From positions 608,001 through 672,000 of the forward strand of contig CAVRCJ010000003.1 of the NCBI GenBank assembly GCA_963719515.1: a stretch of 64,000 nt of DNA, read 5' to 3'. Source of the stretch: an uncultured cyanobacterium (GTDB taxonomy: Bacteria; Cyanobacteriota; Cyanobacteriia; CAKZMO01). The notes beneath the pieces were generated by a model. It did not search any database. It saw only the letters and a list, made by a program, of their open reading frames with translations, and was not told where the DNA came from. Made by a program: the position numbers and the translations under genes. Below are positions 30,251 to 40,607 of this stretch, in pieces (the stretch's first letter is position 1; the number at the start of each line of letters is the position of its first letter).

Positions 30251-31948
30251 GTGGTTAGACATCGTCAATTAACGTCAATGCATTCCTCTCAGCGAGCTCG
30301 AGTGAGTTTGTGGCTTGCCGTTCTACTGACTATCGCTGTCGGCGTAGTTAACGTACTCTCCGCTGTGACGCCAAGCCTGCCCGAGCGAGTGGAGTGGCTA
30401 CAACAGATTTTTCCCTTCGAGGTGCGAGCCAGTGCCCATATTTCTGCGGCGATCGCGGGATTTTTGCTGCTGGCCCTTACCGGTAATCTCCTGCGGCGCA
30501 AGCGAATAGCTTGGCTATTGACCATCGCGCTGCTAGGGGTTTCCATCGGCAGCCACCTCATCAAGGGTCTGGACTGGGAAGAGATCGTTTTACCACTGCT
30601 GCTGCTGGTGCAGCTCCTCCTGATGCGGCGGGTGTTCACCGCTGCATCAGATCTGCCGTCAATTGCGCAAGGAGTACGGCTACTCATCGGAGCAGTGCTG
30701 TTTACCTTGGCCTACGGCACTGCGGGTTTCTTCTTGCTAAATCGGCAATATGCTACCCCGTTTAGCCTTCCCGGAGCGATCGCCCAAACCCTGGCAATGT
30801 TATTCACCCTCGATAACGCAGGGCTGGAGCCAATCACCCGCTTTGGCCGCTTCTTTGCGGGTTCTATCTACGTTATTGGTGGGTCCACCTTTATTGCCGC
30901 GCTAGCGATGATGCTGCGGCCCGTGTTGGTACGCAGCGAACCGACAGACCAGCAGCGGGCGCGGGCCGAAGAAATCGTTCAGTACTACGGTCAATCGTCC
31001 CTGGCCCACTTCACGCTCCTCAGCGACAAGCAGTATTACTTTAGCCCTTCAGGGAAGAGCGTCATTGCCTATGTGCCCAAGGGGCGGGGGGCAATTGCCC
31101 TGGGCGATCCTATTGGACCGAAGAGCGATCGCAAGGAAACGATTTTGGGCTTTCGAGCCTTCTGCGATCGCAATGACTGGCTACCCAGCTTTTACCAAAC
31201 CCTGCCCGATGACCTTGAGCTGTACCGAGAGCTGGGTTTTAAGACAGTTCCCATTGGACAGGAGGGAATTGTTGACCTCAAGACCTTTACCTTAGAGGGG
31301 AAAGCGGGGAAGAACCTACGCTCAGCGACGAACAAGCTGACCAAAGCAGGCTACAAGGTGGTTTTCCACAAACCGTCCATTTCTGATGATCTGCTGGCAA
31401 AGCTTCGGGTGATCAGTGATGAGTGGCTAGGGTCGAGAGAGGGGGCAGAAAAGCAGTTTTCCTTGGGCTGGTTCCACGATGAATATCTGCGGGAGTGTGA
31501 AATTGCCACGGTCGAATCGAGCAGCGGCGAGATTGTTGCTTTCGCTAATATCGTGTCGGAGTATCAAAAAAACGACGCCACCGTAGACCTAATGCGGCGG
31601 CGAAACGAAGTGGAACATGGCACCATGGATTTCTTGTTCATTTCCCTATTTCAGCATTTCAAGACTCAGGGCTACGAGGGCTTTAATATAGGCTTATCAG
31701 CTCTCTCTGGCGTGGGGGAAGGGCCGAAATCACTCCGGCTTGAAAAGATTCTGCACTATCTATACGAACATCTCAACAAGTTCTATAACTTCCAGGGACT
31801 GCATACCTACAAAGACAAATTCCATCCTCGCTGGGAGCCGCGCTATCTGGTGTACCCTAACCTAGCGGCGCTCCCCGATGTGGTAGTAGCCTTAGTGCGG
31901 GCCGACTCAGGCGATCGCCTGCTGGACTACTTCAAGCCCGGCGCATGA
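30251..31948 (+). CDS. Aminoacyl-phosphatidylglycerol synthase (MprF/LysX C-terminal, DUF2156) protein
   Basis: N-terminal TMs with LLRRKR.AW and HLIKGLDWEE; ALGDPIG, DLMRR, YNFQGL..YKDKF.PRWEPRYL. Confidence 0.9.
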   Translation: MVRHRQLTSMHSSQRARVSLWLAVLLTIAVGVVNVLSAVTPSLPERVEWLQQIFPFEVRASAHISAAIAGFLLLALTGNLLRRKRIAWLLTIALLGVSIGSHLIKGLDWEEIVLPLLLLVQLLLMRRVFTAASDLPSIAQGVRLLIGAVLFTLAYGTAGFFLLNRQYATPFSLPGAIAQTLAMLFTLDNAGLEPITRFGRFFAGSIYVIGGSTFIAALAMMLRPVLVRSEPTDQQRARAEEIVQYYGQSSLAHFTLLSDKQYYFSPSGKSVIAYVPKGRGAIALGDPIGPKSDRKETILGFRAFCDRNDWLPSFYQTLPDDLELYRELGFKTVPIGQEGIVDLKTFTLEGKAGKNLRSATNKLTKAGYKVVFHKPSISDDLLAKLRVISDEWLGSREGAEKQFSLGWFHDEYLRECEIATVESSSGEIVAFANIVSEYQKNDATVDLMRRRNEVEHGTMDFLFISLFQHFKTQGYEGFNIGLSALSGVGEGPKSLRLEKILHYLYEHLNKFYNFQGLHTYKDKFHPRWEPRYLVYPNLAALPDVVVALVRADSGDRLLDYFKPGA

Positions 31949-32056
31949 GGCCTGATTTTCCCGCGCGCCCCCGCTGTTAAGCGCTATCGGTGCGGGCGAG
32001 GTTTGCCAGTGACGGTTGGGTGAGACGGCCTCGTAGCAATTTATCAGCAGCCTTGC

Positions 32057-32884
32057 TCAATCGACAACGCCTAGCTGGCCAACGAATTGGCCGATTGCCC
32101 TGTTAATCCCCTCAGCGTCCTCTGCCATCATTAGATGGCCCCCGTTGAGCAAGTGCAAGTGCTGCCCATTAATAAACTGATCAGCCAGCTCAACTCCCAT
32201 CTGCTCCGTAAACATTGGGTCCTGTCCGCCGCTGACCACTAGCGCCGGAAGCTGCCGTAGCCGTTTTGAAACGCCGCGAGCAAAGAAGTCATACTGCCAA
32301 AAGATTTCTAGGGCCTCGTAGGGGGAGGCCTCCGTTGGCACTGGGCTTTCGGCAAAAAAGCGATCGAGGCGAGGATGGGTGTGGGTGGTGGACACCGCTT
32401 GAGTCAGCTTCTGCAGACCTGGTAGGCGATACAGGTGGCGACCACCCCATTTGAGAAATCGCATCAGGGGCATCTCCCACCAGGTGGCAAGATCGTGGGT
32501 ACCCCCGGCGATGAGAACCAGACCCCTTGCTGGGTGCTGACGTGCCCACTCCAGGCCCAATGGAACGCCGTAGCTGTGGCAGCACAGTAAAGGACGCTGG
32601 ATGTGGTGCCGTCGCAAAAGCCGTGTCAGATCGCGGCAGTGTTGACCAATAGAATAGCTTGGGTCGGTTTCGGACTGACCGTGGCCAGCTAGATCGTAGG
32701 CCAGCGCCTCCCAGCCTTGGGCAACCGCAAACTCGTACTGCGATCGCCAGTTGTAGCGGTTGCCCAGACCCCCATGGAGAAACACTAGGGTTGGCGTCTG
32801 ACCTGGGCTGTGGCAAACCTGTAGAGAGATGCCCCGCCGCAGTCGAATAGACTTACCACCCAATAGATCTACAGCATCTGACAT
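32057..32884 (-). CDS. Alpha/beta hydrolase
   Basis: FLHGGLG, YDLAGHG, CHSYG, GGHLMM. Confidence 0.85.
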   Translation of the reverse strand: MSDAVDLLGGKSIRLRRGISLQVCHSPGQTPTLVFLHGGLGNRYNWRSQYEFAVAQGWEALAYDLAGHGQSETDPSYSIGQHCRDLTRLLRRHHIQRPLLCCHSYGVPLGLEWARQHPARGLVLIAGGTHDLATWWEMPLMRFLKWGGRHLYRLPGLQKLTQAVSTTHTHPRLDRFFAESPVPTEASPYEALEIFWQYDFFARGVSKRLRQLPALVVSGGQDPMFTEQMGVELADQFINGQHLHLLNGGHLMMAEDAEGINRAIGQFVGQLGVVD

Positions 32885-33149
32885 ATTCGAGCCTCAACAG
32901 TAAACTTAAATCCTGTTGTTGAGATGAGGATAATAGCTTAGGCACTGGTAGATAAGATGCTGGCTTGAGCTACTCTATCTTGCGTTCTCATGGCAATGCA
33001 CACTATTTTTGGTGCGCTAATTATTTTTTATCGCGTTTATTTGATGTGACGATTGTAACCCTACGCATCAGTATGCTAGCTCAAGGCTGTTGCTAGATGG
33101 CGGTCGCCTTGAGCTTCGTAGAAGCGCTGCTGTGGTAGGTAAGTTTCTC

Positions 33150-34259
33150 TTATTTTGAAAGATTGCGAAACCATCCCCGTCGCCAGAAAAAGTACATGAG
33201 ACCAGCAGCGATCACTAACATTAAAAGCCATACCGCCACATAGCCCCAATACCAGTTCAACTCCGGCATATTGAACGGTGATGCCTCCGGGTTAAAGTTC
33301 ATGCCATAAATTCCGGCAATGAAGGTGAGGGGAATAAAAATGGTGGAAATGACAGTCAGGGTTTTCATCACCTCATTCATGCGGTTACTCATGGCAGACA
33401 GGTAGATATCCACCAGTCCCGAGCAGCGATCGCGATAGCTTTCCACAATATCCAGCAGCTGCACCCCGTGGTCGTAGCAGTCTCGCAGGTATACATCAAG
33501 GTGCGGCCCTATAAACTCATCGTTATCCCGGAGCAGGCTGGCAAGCGTTTCGCGCTGGAGCCAGATGGTATGGCGCAGGCTCGCCAGGTTCTGTTTGAGG
33601 CGATAAATCTGATGAAGCGTTTTTTCATTGGGGTGGGATATGACCTCATCTTCTAGGCTTTCGAGCCGATCTCCATAAGCTTCTAAAGCCTGGAAAAAGC
33701 TATCTACGATGGCATCGAGCAGGGCATAGGTCAGGTAATCGGCCCCCATACGGCGAATTACCCCGCGATTGTGCTGAATGCGATTCCGAATCGGCTCAAA
33801 ACAGTCATGGTCGAACTCTTCCTGCACAGTCAACAGGTAATGCTGACCGAGGACAAAGCTGATCTGCTCATGCACCAAGCGGTTCTGCTCAGGCAGATAG
33901 GTGACCATATGGGTCACAATCACCAACTGGTTATCGTAGATTTCTACCTTAGGGCGCTGAGGCACATTTACTAGGTCTTCTAGCACTAGGGGATGTAGGG
34001 CAAAAACCTGACCCAGTTTATGGAGCGTGGCCGCATTGCCCAATCCCCGAACGTTTATCCAGGAAACGGAATCGGTATCTAAATAGGCGACGCAGTCCTG
34101 GGGGGTTGCCAGGGATAGCTTCATCACCATATCGGCATTGTAATCAACCAGGTCAAGCTGAGTGCTGGCCGCGGATGCCGAGATCTGAAGGGTGCCCGGG
34201 ACGGTACCCGGTACATCATGAAAATAGGGCAAGCGGGTGGATGAAGGACGCTGATTCAT
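33150..34259 (-). CDS. corA: Magnesium/cobalt transporter CorA
   Basis: LHPLVLEDL, QRPKVE, YGMNF signature, MPELNW. Confidence 0.95.
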   Translation of the reverse strand: MNQRPSSTRLPYFHDVPGTVPGTLQISASAASTQLDLVDYNADMVMKLSLATPQDCVAYLDTDSVSWINVRGLGNAATLHKLGQVFALHPLVLEDLVNVPQRPKVEIYDNQLVIVTHMVTYLPEQNRLVHEQISFVLGQHYLLTVQEEFDHDCFEPIRNRIQHNRGVIRRMGADYLTYALLDAIVDSFFQALEAYGDRLESLEDEVISHPNEKTLHQIYRLKQNLASLRHTIWLQRETLASLLRDNDEFIGPHLDVYLRDCYDHGVQLLDIVESYRDRCSGLVDIYLSAMSNRMNEVMKTLTVISTIFIPLTFIAGIYGMNFNPEASPFNMPELNWYWGYVAVWLLMLVIAAGLMYFFWRRGWFRNLSK

Positions 34260-34341
34260 GGGGGGAGAAGATAGGGCAAACGCATCCCAAAAGTGAGCAT
34301 TGATTCAGGGGCATGATGCAGGAGATGAGCCACACCCCTGA

Positions 34342-35457
34342 TCAATGCTGTCCGGTAGTAGCCAATCGCTGTTTAAGCCAAAAATCTAAGCATGGCAAAG
34401 CAACGCGGTAGTCGTAGTTTGACCCATAGATCAGACCCTTTTGCTCTAGGCTGTTGAGCGCCCCCTGTAGCCCTCCCCCCCGAGAGAGGTGATGCTTTTT
34501 GATGTAGCTTCGCGACTGCGGGCTATCTGTCGGGTCAAGCGCCAGGCACTCCAGAACACGGACCTGACTGGGCGGAAGTAGCATCACCAGGGACTCAAAG
34601 GTTACGGACATATCTTCAGCGAGTGCCAGCATACTGCGATGAATATGGTGGGCACAAACGGTTTTGTCTGTGTAGCTGTATGCGTTGTGGTGAAGCCAAA
34701 TACGACGGGCCAGAGCGATCGCATCCCCCAAATGCCCCTGGATATAGCTGAGAAATAGGGCGATCGCCTCATCTTCTTTGCTCACCCTGAGCCCTTGCTT
34801 TTCCATGGCTTCCACAAACCATCGCTCTATCGCCCCATCATCAAGGGGCAGCAGATGAATCACCGGCAAGGGACTCTCAGAGGCCCAGGGTTCGACCACC
34901 GTTGTCACCAGGGCATAGCTCACCTGGGTATGGCGCTGCCCCGCCTGCTTTAGATAGTCTCCCCATTTCCCCTGCCGGTCCCAGGAGCGCAGGTGGGAAA
35001 AATTTTGCAAGGCGATCACCATGCGGCAGTCGAGCTTTCCTGCTATAAACTGCGGCAGGGCCAACAGGGCCTCAAACAGCGGCCACTCTTTGCCAGCAGG
35101 GGTATGCCAGACGATCTGTGCCCGCACGCCGAGGGAGACTTCAACGGTAATGGGATAGTTCACTGCCCAAGCCTGGAGCAGGGCGATCTCCTCTGGTGCA
35201 CGGAAGCAGTCTGTAATGCTATTTGCCAACAGTCGTAAGAACTGATGGGCATTAGCGCTACGCAGGCAGTCGATCTCTAATACTCTTGCGTTGGCAGCAC
35301 GGGCCGCTTCGCGCAGCAATAGTTGGCGGCCTGTTCCAGGGGCACCCACCAGTAAAAAGTCCCCCTCTTGGGCCAGGATTTGGTGGATGCGCTGAAATTC
35401 AGCCTCACGGGCGATCGCAGCTTGGGGCGTCAATAGGGTGTTATTCATCTCAAGCAA
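34342..35457 (-). CDS. AAA-type ATP-binding protein with degenerate Walker motifs and C-terminal wHTH-like region
   Basis: LLVGAPGTGR, conserved LSRGGGLQGALNSLEQKGLI. Confidence 0.7.
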   Translation of the reverse strand: MLEMNNTLLTPQAAIAREAEFQRIHQILAQEGDFLLVGAPGTGRQLLLREAARAANARVLEIDCLRSANAHQFLRLLANSITDCFRAPEEIALLQAWAVNYPITVEVSLGVRAQIVWHTPAGKEWPLFEALLALPQFIAGKLDCRMVIALQNFSHLRSWDRQGKWGDYLKQAGQRHTQVSYALVTTVVEPWASESPLPVIHLLPLDDGAIERWFVEAMEKQGLRVSKEDEAIALFLSYIQGHLGDAIALARRIWLHHNAYSYTDKTVCAHHIHRSMLALAEDMSVTFESLVMLLPPSQVRVLECLALDPTDSPQSRSYIKKHHLSRGGGLQGALNSLEQKGLIYGSNYDYRVALPCLDFWLKQRLATTGQH

Positions 35458-35543
35458 AAAGCAACACTAAGAAATAGTGCCAATTTGGTTAGCACGGCTC
35501 TATTATTAAGTGTATATTCTCGCTCATCTTGGAGTCTTCCGCT

Positions 35544-38459
35544 ATGGCTTTGCGAGCACCCGCCCCAAAACCGTCCAGGTCCAAGTCCAAGTCCAAGTTG
35601 CCGTCTTCTCAAGTGTCTACAGCAGTGCCCTCAACGCCACTGGCCTGGCACACCTTCTCGCCAGAGGAAGCAATTCTTCGCCTCAACAGCGATCGCACCC
35701 GGGGGCTGACTGACCAGCAGGCTACGGAGCGGCTGCAGGAAGTCGGGGCCAACGAGCTGGACGAGACAGCGAAGCGAGGCACCTGGGGCATTGTGCTCGA
35801 CCAGTTCAAAAACATCATGCTGGTGATGCTGATTGTGGTCGCCATAGTCTCAGCCGTATTAAACCTGGCTGATGGATCGTTCCCGAAGGACGCGATCGCC
35901 ATTTTCGCCATCGTCATCTTGAATGGCCTATTGGGATATCTCCAGGAAAGCCGCGCCGAGAAAGCGCTAGCGGCGTTGAAACGAATGACCTCTTCCCAGG
36001 TTCGGACGCTGCGGCAGGGGCAGGAGCAGCAGGTCGCTGCCAAAGCGCTGGTTCCCGGCGATGTCATTCTGTTAGATGCAGGCGCACAGGTTGCTGCAGA
36101 TGGCCTACTGTTAGAAGAGCATAACCTGCAGGTGCGGGAGTCGGCGCTTACGGGAGAGGCCGAAGCCGTCAGTAAACAAGCGGGCATGGTTTTACCCAAG
36201 GACGCACCATTGGGCGATCGCCTCAACCAAGTGTTTCAAGGCACCGAGGTCACTCAAGGGCGGGGGACGGTGCTGGTTACCCAGACCGGGATGCAGACCG
36301 AGCTGGGGCGTATCGCGCAGCTGCTTCAATCCGTAGAATCGGAGCCGACGCCGCTGCAGCGGCGCATGGCCCAGCTGGCCAACGTGCTGGTGTCAGGGGC
36401 AATGATACTGGTGGGTCTGGTTGTGGTAGGGGGACTACTGCGAACCGGCGATTTGAGTCTATTCGACGAGCTGCTAGAGGTTTCTCTGAGTATGGCTGTG
36501 GCCGTGGTGCCTGAGGGGTTACCCGCCGTCATCACGGTCACTCTAGCCCTAGGCACCCAGCGTATGGTGCGCCGTCAGGCGCTAATTCGCAAGCTGCCAG
36601 CAGTGGAAACTCTGGGGTCAGTCACGACCATCTGTTCCGACAAAACGGGCACGCTTACCCAAAACAAAATGGTGGGGCGAGAGGTCTATGCGGGAGAACT
36701 GTCGTTTCAGGCGTCGGGTGAAGGCTACAGGCCGACGGGCAAATTTCGTCTGGGTGAGGCAGTGCCAGAGGACCAATCTCACAAAGTAGCAGTAGCGCCG
36801 CATCATTACCCGGCGTTGACGAATCTGCTGTTGACCTGCGCGTTGTGTAACGATGCCACCCTCCAGCACCAGGGCAGTCTATGGACGATCTTGGGCGACC
36901 CTACGGAAGGGGCGCTGCTTACGTTAGCGGAGAAAGGAGGGTTGGATAAAGCAACGCTCTCCGGTGCGTACCCCCGCATTGACGAAATCCCTTTTTCCTC
37001 TGAGCGTAAGCGGATGAGCGTTCTCTGCGCTACGGCATCACCATCTTCTACAATCCCGCTTTTTCACCGTCTAACAGCGCCGTATATCCTGCTCACCAAG
37101 GGCTCTCCTGAGGCGGTACTAGATTGCTGTACCCAGGCCCAGGTCGGGGATTTTACGTCGGTTTTGACGCCTTCTCAGCGCGATCGCATTCTCCAGCAAA
37201 ACAATGCCATGGCCCAGCGCGGACTGCGGGTGCTGGGGCTAGCAATGCGACCGATGACGGACCAAGCTGTCGAAGACGCTGAACAAGATTTGACCTGGCT
37301 AGGGTTGGTCGGCATGCTAGATGCCCCGCGTTCTGAAGTGCGCGAGGCGGTCATGCAATGCCGTGCAGCGGGCATTCGCCCGGTGATGATTACCGGCGAC
37401 CATCCCCTGACAGCGCGGGCGATCGCCAAGGAACTAGGGATTGCTGACGATGAAGACACCTGGGTTACTGGCCAAGCCCTAGCTCAGATGACCTTCCAAG
37501 ATCTGCAAAAGATCGTGCCCCACGCTAGCGTCTACGCTAGAGTTTCCCCCGAGCACAAGCTCAAAATTGTGCAGGCGCTGCAGCGGCAGGGAGAGGTGGT
37601 TGCCATGACGGGCGATGGCGTCAACGATGCTCCCGCCCTCAAGCAAGCGGATATTGGCATTGCCATGGGCATTACCGGCACCGACGTCAGCAAAGAGGCT
37701 AGCGACATGGTGCTGCTCGACGACAACTTTGCCACGATCGTCGCTGCCGTTGAAGAAGGCCGCGTGGTATACGACAATATTCGTCGGTTCATCAAATATA
37801 TTCTCGGCAGCAATATTGGTGAGGTGCTCACCATTGCAGCCTCTCCATTGTTGGGGCTAGGCGGGGTACCGCTCTCTCCTCTGCAAATTTTGTGGATGAA
37901 CTTAGTCACCGATGGACTACCGGCCTTAGCACTGGCAATGGAGCCTGCCGAGCCAGATGCAATGCGCCGTCCGCCCCACAGTCCCCGCGAGAGCATTTTT
38001 GCTAGAGGGATGGGGCTTTACATGGTTCGTGTGGGTGTGGTGTTGGCGATTGTTACCATCGGTCTGATGGTATGGGCATTTTCCTACACCCATGCAGCGG
38101 GTTATCCGGGCCATCCCGACACCTGGAAAACCATGGTGTTTACGACCCTTTGTCTTGCCCAAATGGGTCATGCCTTAGCTATTCGCTCCGATACCCAGCT
38201 CACCTGGCAGCTTAACCCGGCATCAAATCCCTACGTTTGGGGTTCTGTTCTGTTAACAACAGCGCTGCAGCTTTTGCTGATTTACACGCCTGCACTACAA
38301 ACTTTTTTTGGCTTACATCCCTTGACTGCCGTTGAACTGTTGGTCTGTTTTGGCTTTAGTTCCCTGATGTTTGTATGGATTGAAGCTGAGAAGCTTGTCA
38401 TTCGGGCAACCCGTCGCCAAGCCCGTCGCCGCGATCGCCATCTTCCTCGGCATGCCTAA
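35544..38459 (+). CDS. P-type IIA cation-transporting ATPase (PacL-like)
   Basis: [50 protein letters not shown]. Confidence 0.95.
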   Translation: MALRAPAPKPSRSKSKSKLPSSQVSTAVPSTPLAWHTFSPEEAILRLNSDRTRGLTDQQATERLQEVGANELDETAKRGTWGIVLDQFKNIMLVMLIVVAIVSAVLNLADGSFPKDAIAIFAIVILNGLLGYLQESRAEKALAALKRMTSSQVRTLRQGQEQQVAAKALVPGDVILLDAGAQVAADGLLLEEHNLQVRESALTGEAEAVSKQAGMVLPKDAPLGDRLNQVFQGTEVTQGRGTVLVTQTGMQTELGRIAQLLQSVESEPTPLQRRMAQLANVLVSGAMILVGLVVVGGLLRTGDLSLFDELLEVSLSMAVAVVPEGLPAVITVTLALGTQRMVRRQALIRKLPAVETLGSVTTICSDKTGTLTQNKMVGREVYAGELSFQASGEGYRPTGKFRLGEAVPEDQSHKVAVAPHHYPALTNLLLTCALCNDATLQHQGSLWTILGDPTEGALLTLAEKGGLDKATLSGAYPRIDEIPFSSERKRMSVLCATASPSSTIPLFHRLTAPYILLTKGSPEAVLDCCTQAQVGDFTSVLTPSQRDRILQQNNAMAQRGLRVLGLAMRPMTDQAVEDAEQDLTWLGLVGMLDAPRSEVREAVMQCRAAGIRPVMITGDHPLTARAIAKELGIADDEDTWVTGQALAQMTFQDLQKIVPHASVYARVSPEHKLKIVQALQRQGEVVAMTGDGVNDAPALKQADIGIAMGITGTDVSKEASDMVLLDDNFATIVAAVEEGRVVYDNIRRFIKYILGSNIGEVLTIAASPLLGLGGVPLSPLQILWMNLVTDGLPALALAMEPAEPDAMRRPPHSPRESIFARGMGLYMVRVGVVLAIVTIGLMVWAFSYTHAAGYPGHPDTWKTMVFTTLCLAQMGHALAIRSDTQLTWQLNPASNPYVWGSVLLTTALQLLLIYTPALQTFFGLHPLTAVELLVCFGFSSLMFVWIEAEKLVIRATRRQARRRDRHLPRHA

Positions 38460-38823
38460 AGCCTGTGGACCATATTTCCCTATGGTTGCAGCCAAATCCA
38501 TCGCTTCCACAATTTTGCTGTTTACCAACACAAGGAGAATGCTTCTCACCGACACACCTCGGAAGAGCCTCATCGGTATCAGTCTAATAACGCCGCGCGC
38601 TTATTTGATTGTGTAGATGCCGTATACCGCGAACTGCACCGCCTAGAATGGATAGATTACCGGCCTTCTCTAGCGCTTTGGCTGGGGCCTTCAAACAGAC
38701 CTCACTAACAAAACGCTGCAGATCGCAATCTTGCCTCTGTGGTAGCAGGATTTTGATGATGTCCCAAAAGAACACAGTACTTTTTGATGTTCGGTTTAGC
38801 TACTAGACAGGAAGCCCCGCGCT

Positions 38824-39006
38824 CTACCCGTCAGGGTGAGCGTCGGGATGAGAGTCGCGGTCGTCGATGGGGCTCAATGCCCCGGAGACGGCCAAACTTC
38901 GGATGTACTCCCTAAGGACATCGTTGATAGTTCTTTCGGTCATCTCATAATACTTGTCAAGATGCTGCTTTTCTCTATCAGCGGCTCTAATAGTTATTTG
39001 TTGCAT
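38824..39006 (-). CDS. Small RHH/CopG-like protein inside the IS
   Basis: ITIR....EK..L..Y.....RT..DVLREYIRSL pattern, divergent from tnpB. Confidence 0.65.
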   Translation of the reverse strand: MQQITIRAADREKQHLDKYYEMTERTINDVLREYIRSLAVSGALSPIDDRDSHPDAHPDG

Positions 39007-39039
39007 GTCGTTCTGATGTCAATATGCTATCATTATTGC

Positions 39040-40236
39040 ATGAAAGTCACTTATCAGTACAAGTTGCGTCCAGCGGCTGAGCAAACGGTTACCATGACCC
39101 AATGGCTAGATATGCTTCGGGCACAGTACAACTGGTTGCTGGCTGAGCGCTTCGACTGGTGGGAGATGAACCGCTGTTCGGTCAACGCCTGCCCACTCAC
39201 CTGTAGCCTTGCGCCACTCAAAGATAATCCTAATTACTACAGCCAGAAGGCTAGCCTAGTACCTCTCAAGCGAGAGCGGCCCTGGTACAAAGATTTGCAC
39301 TCACAAGCGCTTCAGGAGGTGACGAAGCAGGTAAAGCAGACGTTCGAGCGTTTCATCAAAGGTGATAAAAACGGTAAGCGTAGCGGCAAGCCTCGGTTCA
39401 AAGGCGCGGGGCGCTACAGGACGTTCACGTTCCCGCAGATGAAACCTGACTGCATCGATGGAAGTCGTATTACCCTGCCTAAGATTGGCCAGGTGAAGCT
39501 AATCCTTCATCGCCCGATACCTGATGGGTTTACTGTCAAAACGGCCAAGGTGACTCGCAAAGCAGATGGTTGGTATGCGAGCCTGTTACTGGAAAACAAT
39601 GCCGTTCCGATGCTTACTCCGGATGTTGATAGGGCTAAGTCTGTCGGTGTTGACGTTGGGCTGAAGGATTTCTTGGTTACCAGTGACGGTGAGAGCGTTC
39701 CTATCCCTCAGTTCTTTCGACGCTCAGAGCGGCAGCTATCCAAGCTGCAGCGGCAGCTATCGAGACAGAAGAAGGGCTCTAACCGCTGGCGTAAGCAGGT
39801 GAATCGCATCGCCAAACTGCATCTGAAAATATCGCGTCAACGCCGTGATTTCTTTTCTAAGGTGTGGGATTGGCTGTTTTCAAAGTACGATGTTGTCGCT
39901 CATGAAAAGCTCAACATCAAAGGACTTGCTCGAACCAGACTGGCAAAGTCAATCGCTGATGCCGCATGGGGTACATTCTTGGAGATAGGCTCTTTCAAAG
40001 CCGCGAAAGCTGGAAAGATGACCATCGCTGAGAACCCACGCGGAACCAGCATTGATTGCTCGGGTTGTGGTGAGCGGGTACCAAAGACGCTGGCCGATCG
40101 GGTCCATAGTTGCCCGTCATGCGGCTTAACGATCTGTCGCGACCACAACGCGGCTATCAACCTATTGAATAGGGCTGTGGGACATCAAGCCCTTAATCTC
40201 TCAGGAAATGTCTCAGCGGTAGCTGGGAGTCACTGA
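39040..40236 (+). CDS. tnpB: RNA-guided endonuclease TnpB
   Basis: YQYKLRP start, KPRFK, RuvC residues GVDVG / HEKL / RDHNAA, Zn finger CSGC...CPSC. Confidence 0.95.
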   Translation: MKVTYQYKLRPAAEQTVTMTQWLDMLRAQYNWLLAERFDWWEMNRCSVNACPLTCSLAPLKDNPNYYSQKASLVPLKRERPWYKDLHSQALQEVTKQVKQTFERFIKGDKNGKRSGKPRFKGAGRYRTFTFPQMKPDCIDGSRITLPKIGQVKLILHRPIPDGFTVKTAKVTRKADGWYASLLLENNAVPMLTPDVDRAKSVGVDVGLKDFLVTSDGESVPIPQFFRRSERQLSKLQRQLSRQKKGSNRWRKQVNRIAKLHLKISRQRRDFFSKVWDWLFSKYDVVAHEKLNIKGLARTRLAKSIADAAWGTFLEIGSFKAAKAGKMTIAENPRGTSIDCSGCGERVPKTLADRVHSCPSCGLTICRDHNAAINLLNRAVGHQALNLSGNVSAVAGSH

Positions 40237-40607
40237 GGAAGCCCGCGCTGTATGCGTAGCATCAGCGTCGGGAGGATGTCACTGCCTATCCTGACAAATA
40301 TGGCGGTGCTTTAATGTGCGTTGCGGGAAATCCGCCTGCTGTTGGTGAGGGTGCCAAATGGGTAGACCCGGCTACCAGCGTAATAACTTTGTGGAAAATA
40401 CAGCGGGTTGAATATTATCCGTGCTTTGGGTGCCCGTCTGACGGTATACCGGCTTCGTCTAAGGCATTCGGCGCTGTGTGGTTCGAAAAGATTGCTGATT
40501 TAGGGGCAGAGTCCTACCCGATTAGTACCAAGCCTAGACCAGTGAGATCCTAGACAATCGCGTTTTAAATTGTAATGCTGAGGCACAGCGAGCGGAGCAC
40601 CAAACGC

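Larger units (their letters stand above)
38800..40282 (+). mobile_element. IS200/IS605-family (IS1341-like) element: tnpB plus divergent RHH gene, no tnpA
   Basis: Subterminal hairpins at both ends, insertion 3' of TTTAG, ends in gtcac, no target duplication; boundaries fixed by the interrupted gene. Confidence 0.93.
38756..40553 (+). pseudogene. Second copy of the 29180-29494 gene, interrupted by the IS element
   Basis: MMSQKNTVLFDVRF-ag | t-AYPDKYGG...KPRPVRS; removing 38800-40282 restores an open frame. Confidence 0.88.

Noticed and set aside
38836..39039. N-terminal extension of the TnpB ORF
   Set aside because: Overlaps the left-end hairpin and the antisense RHH gene; the family-typical start is the ATG at 39040.
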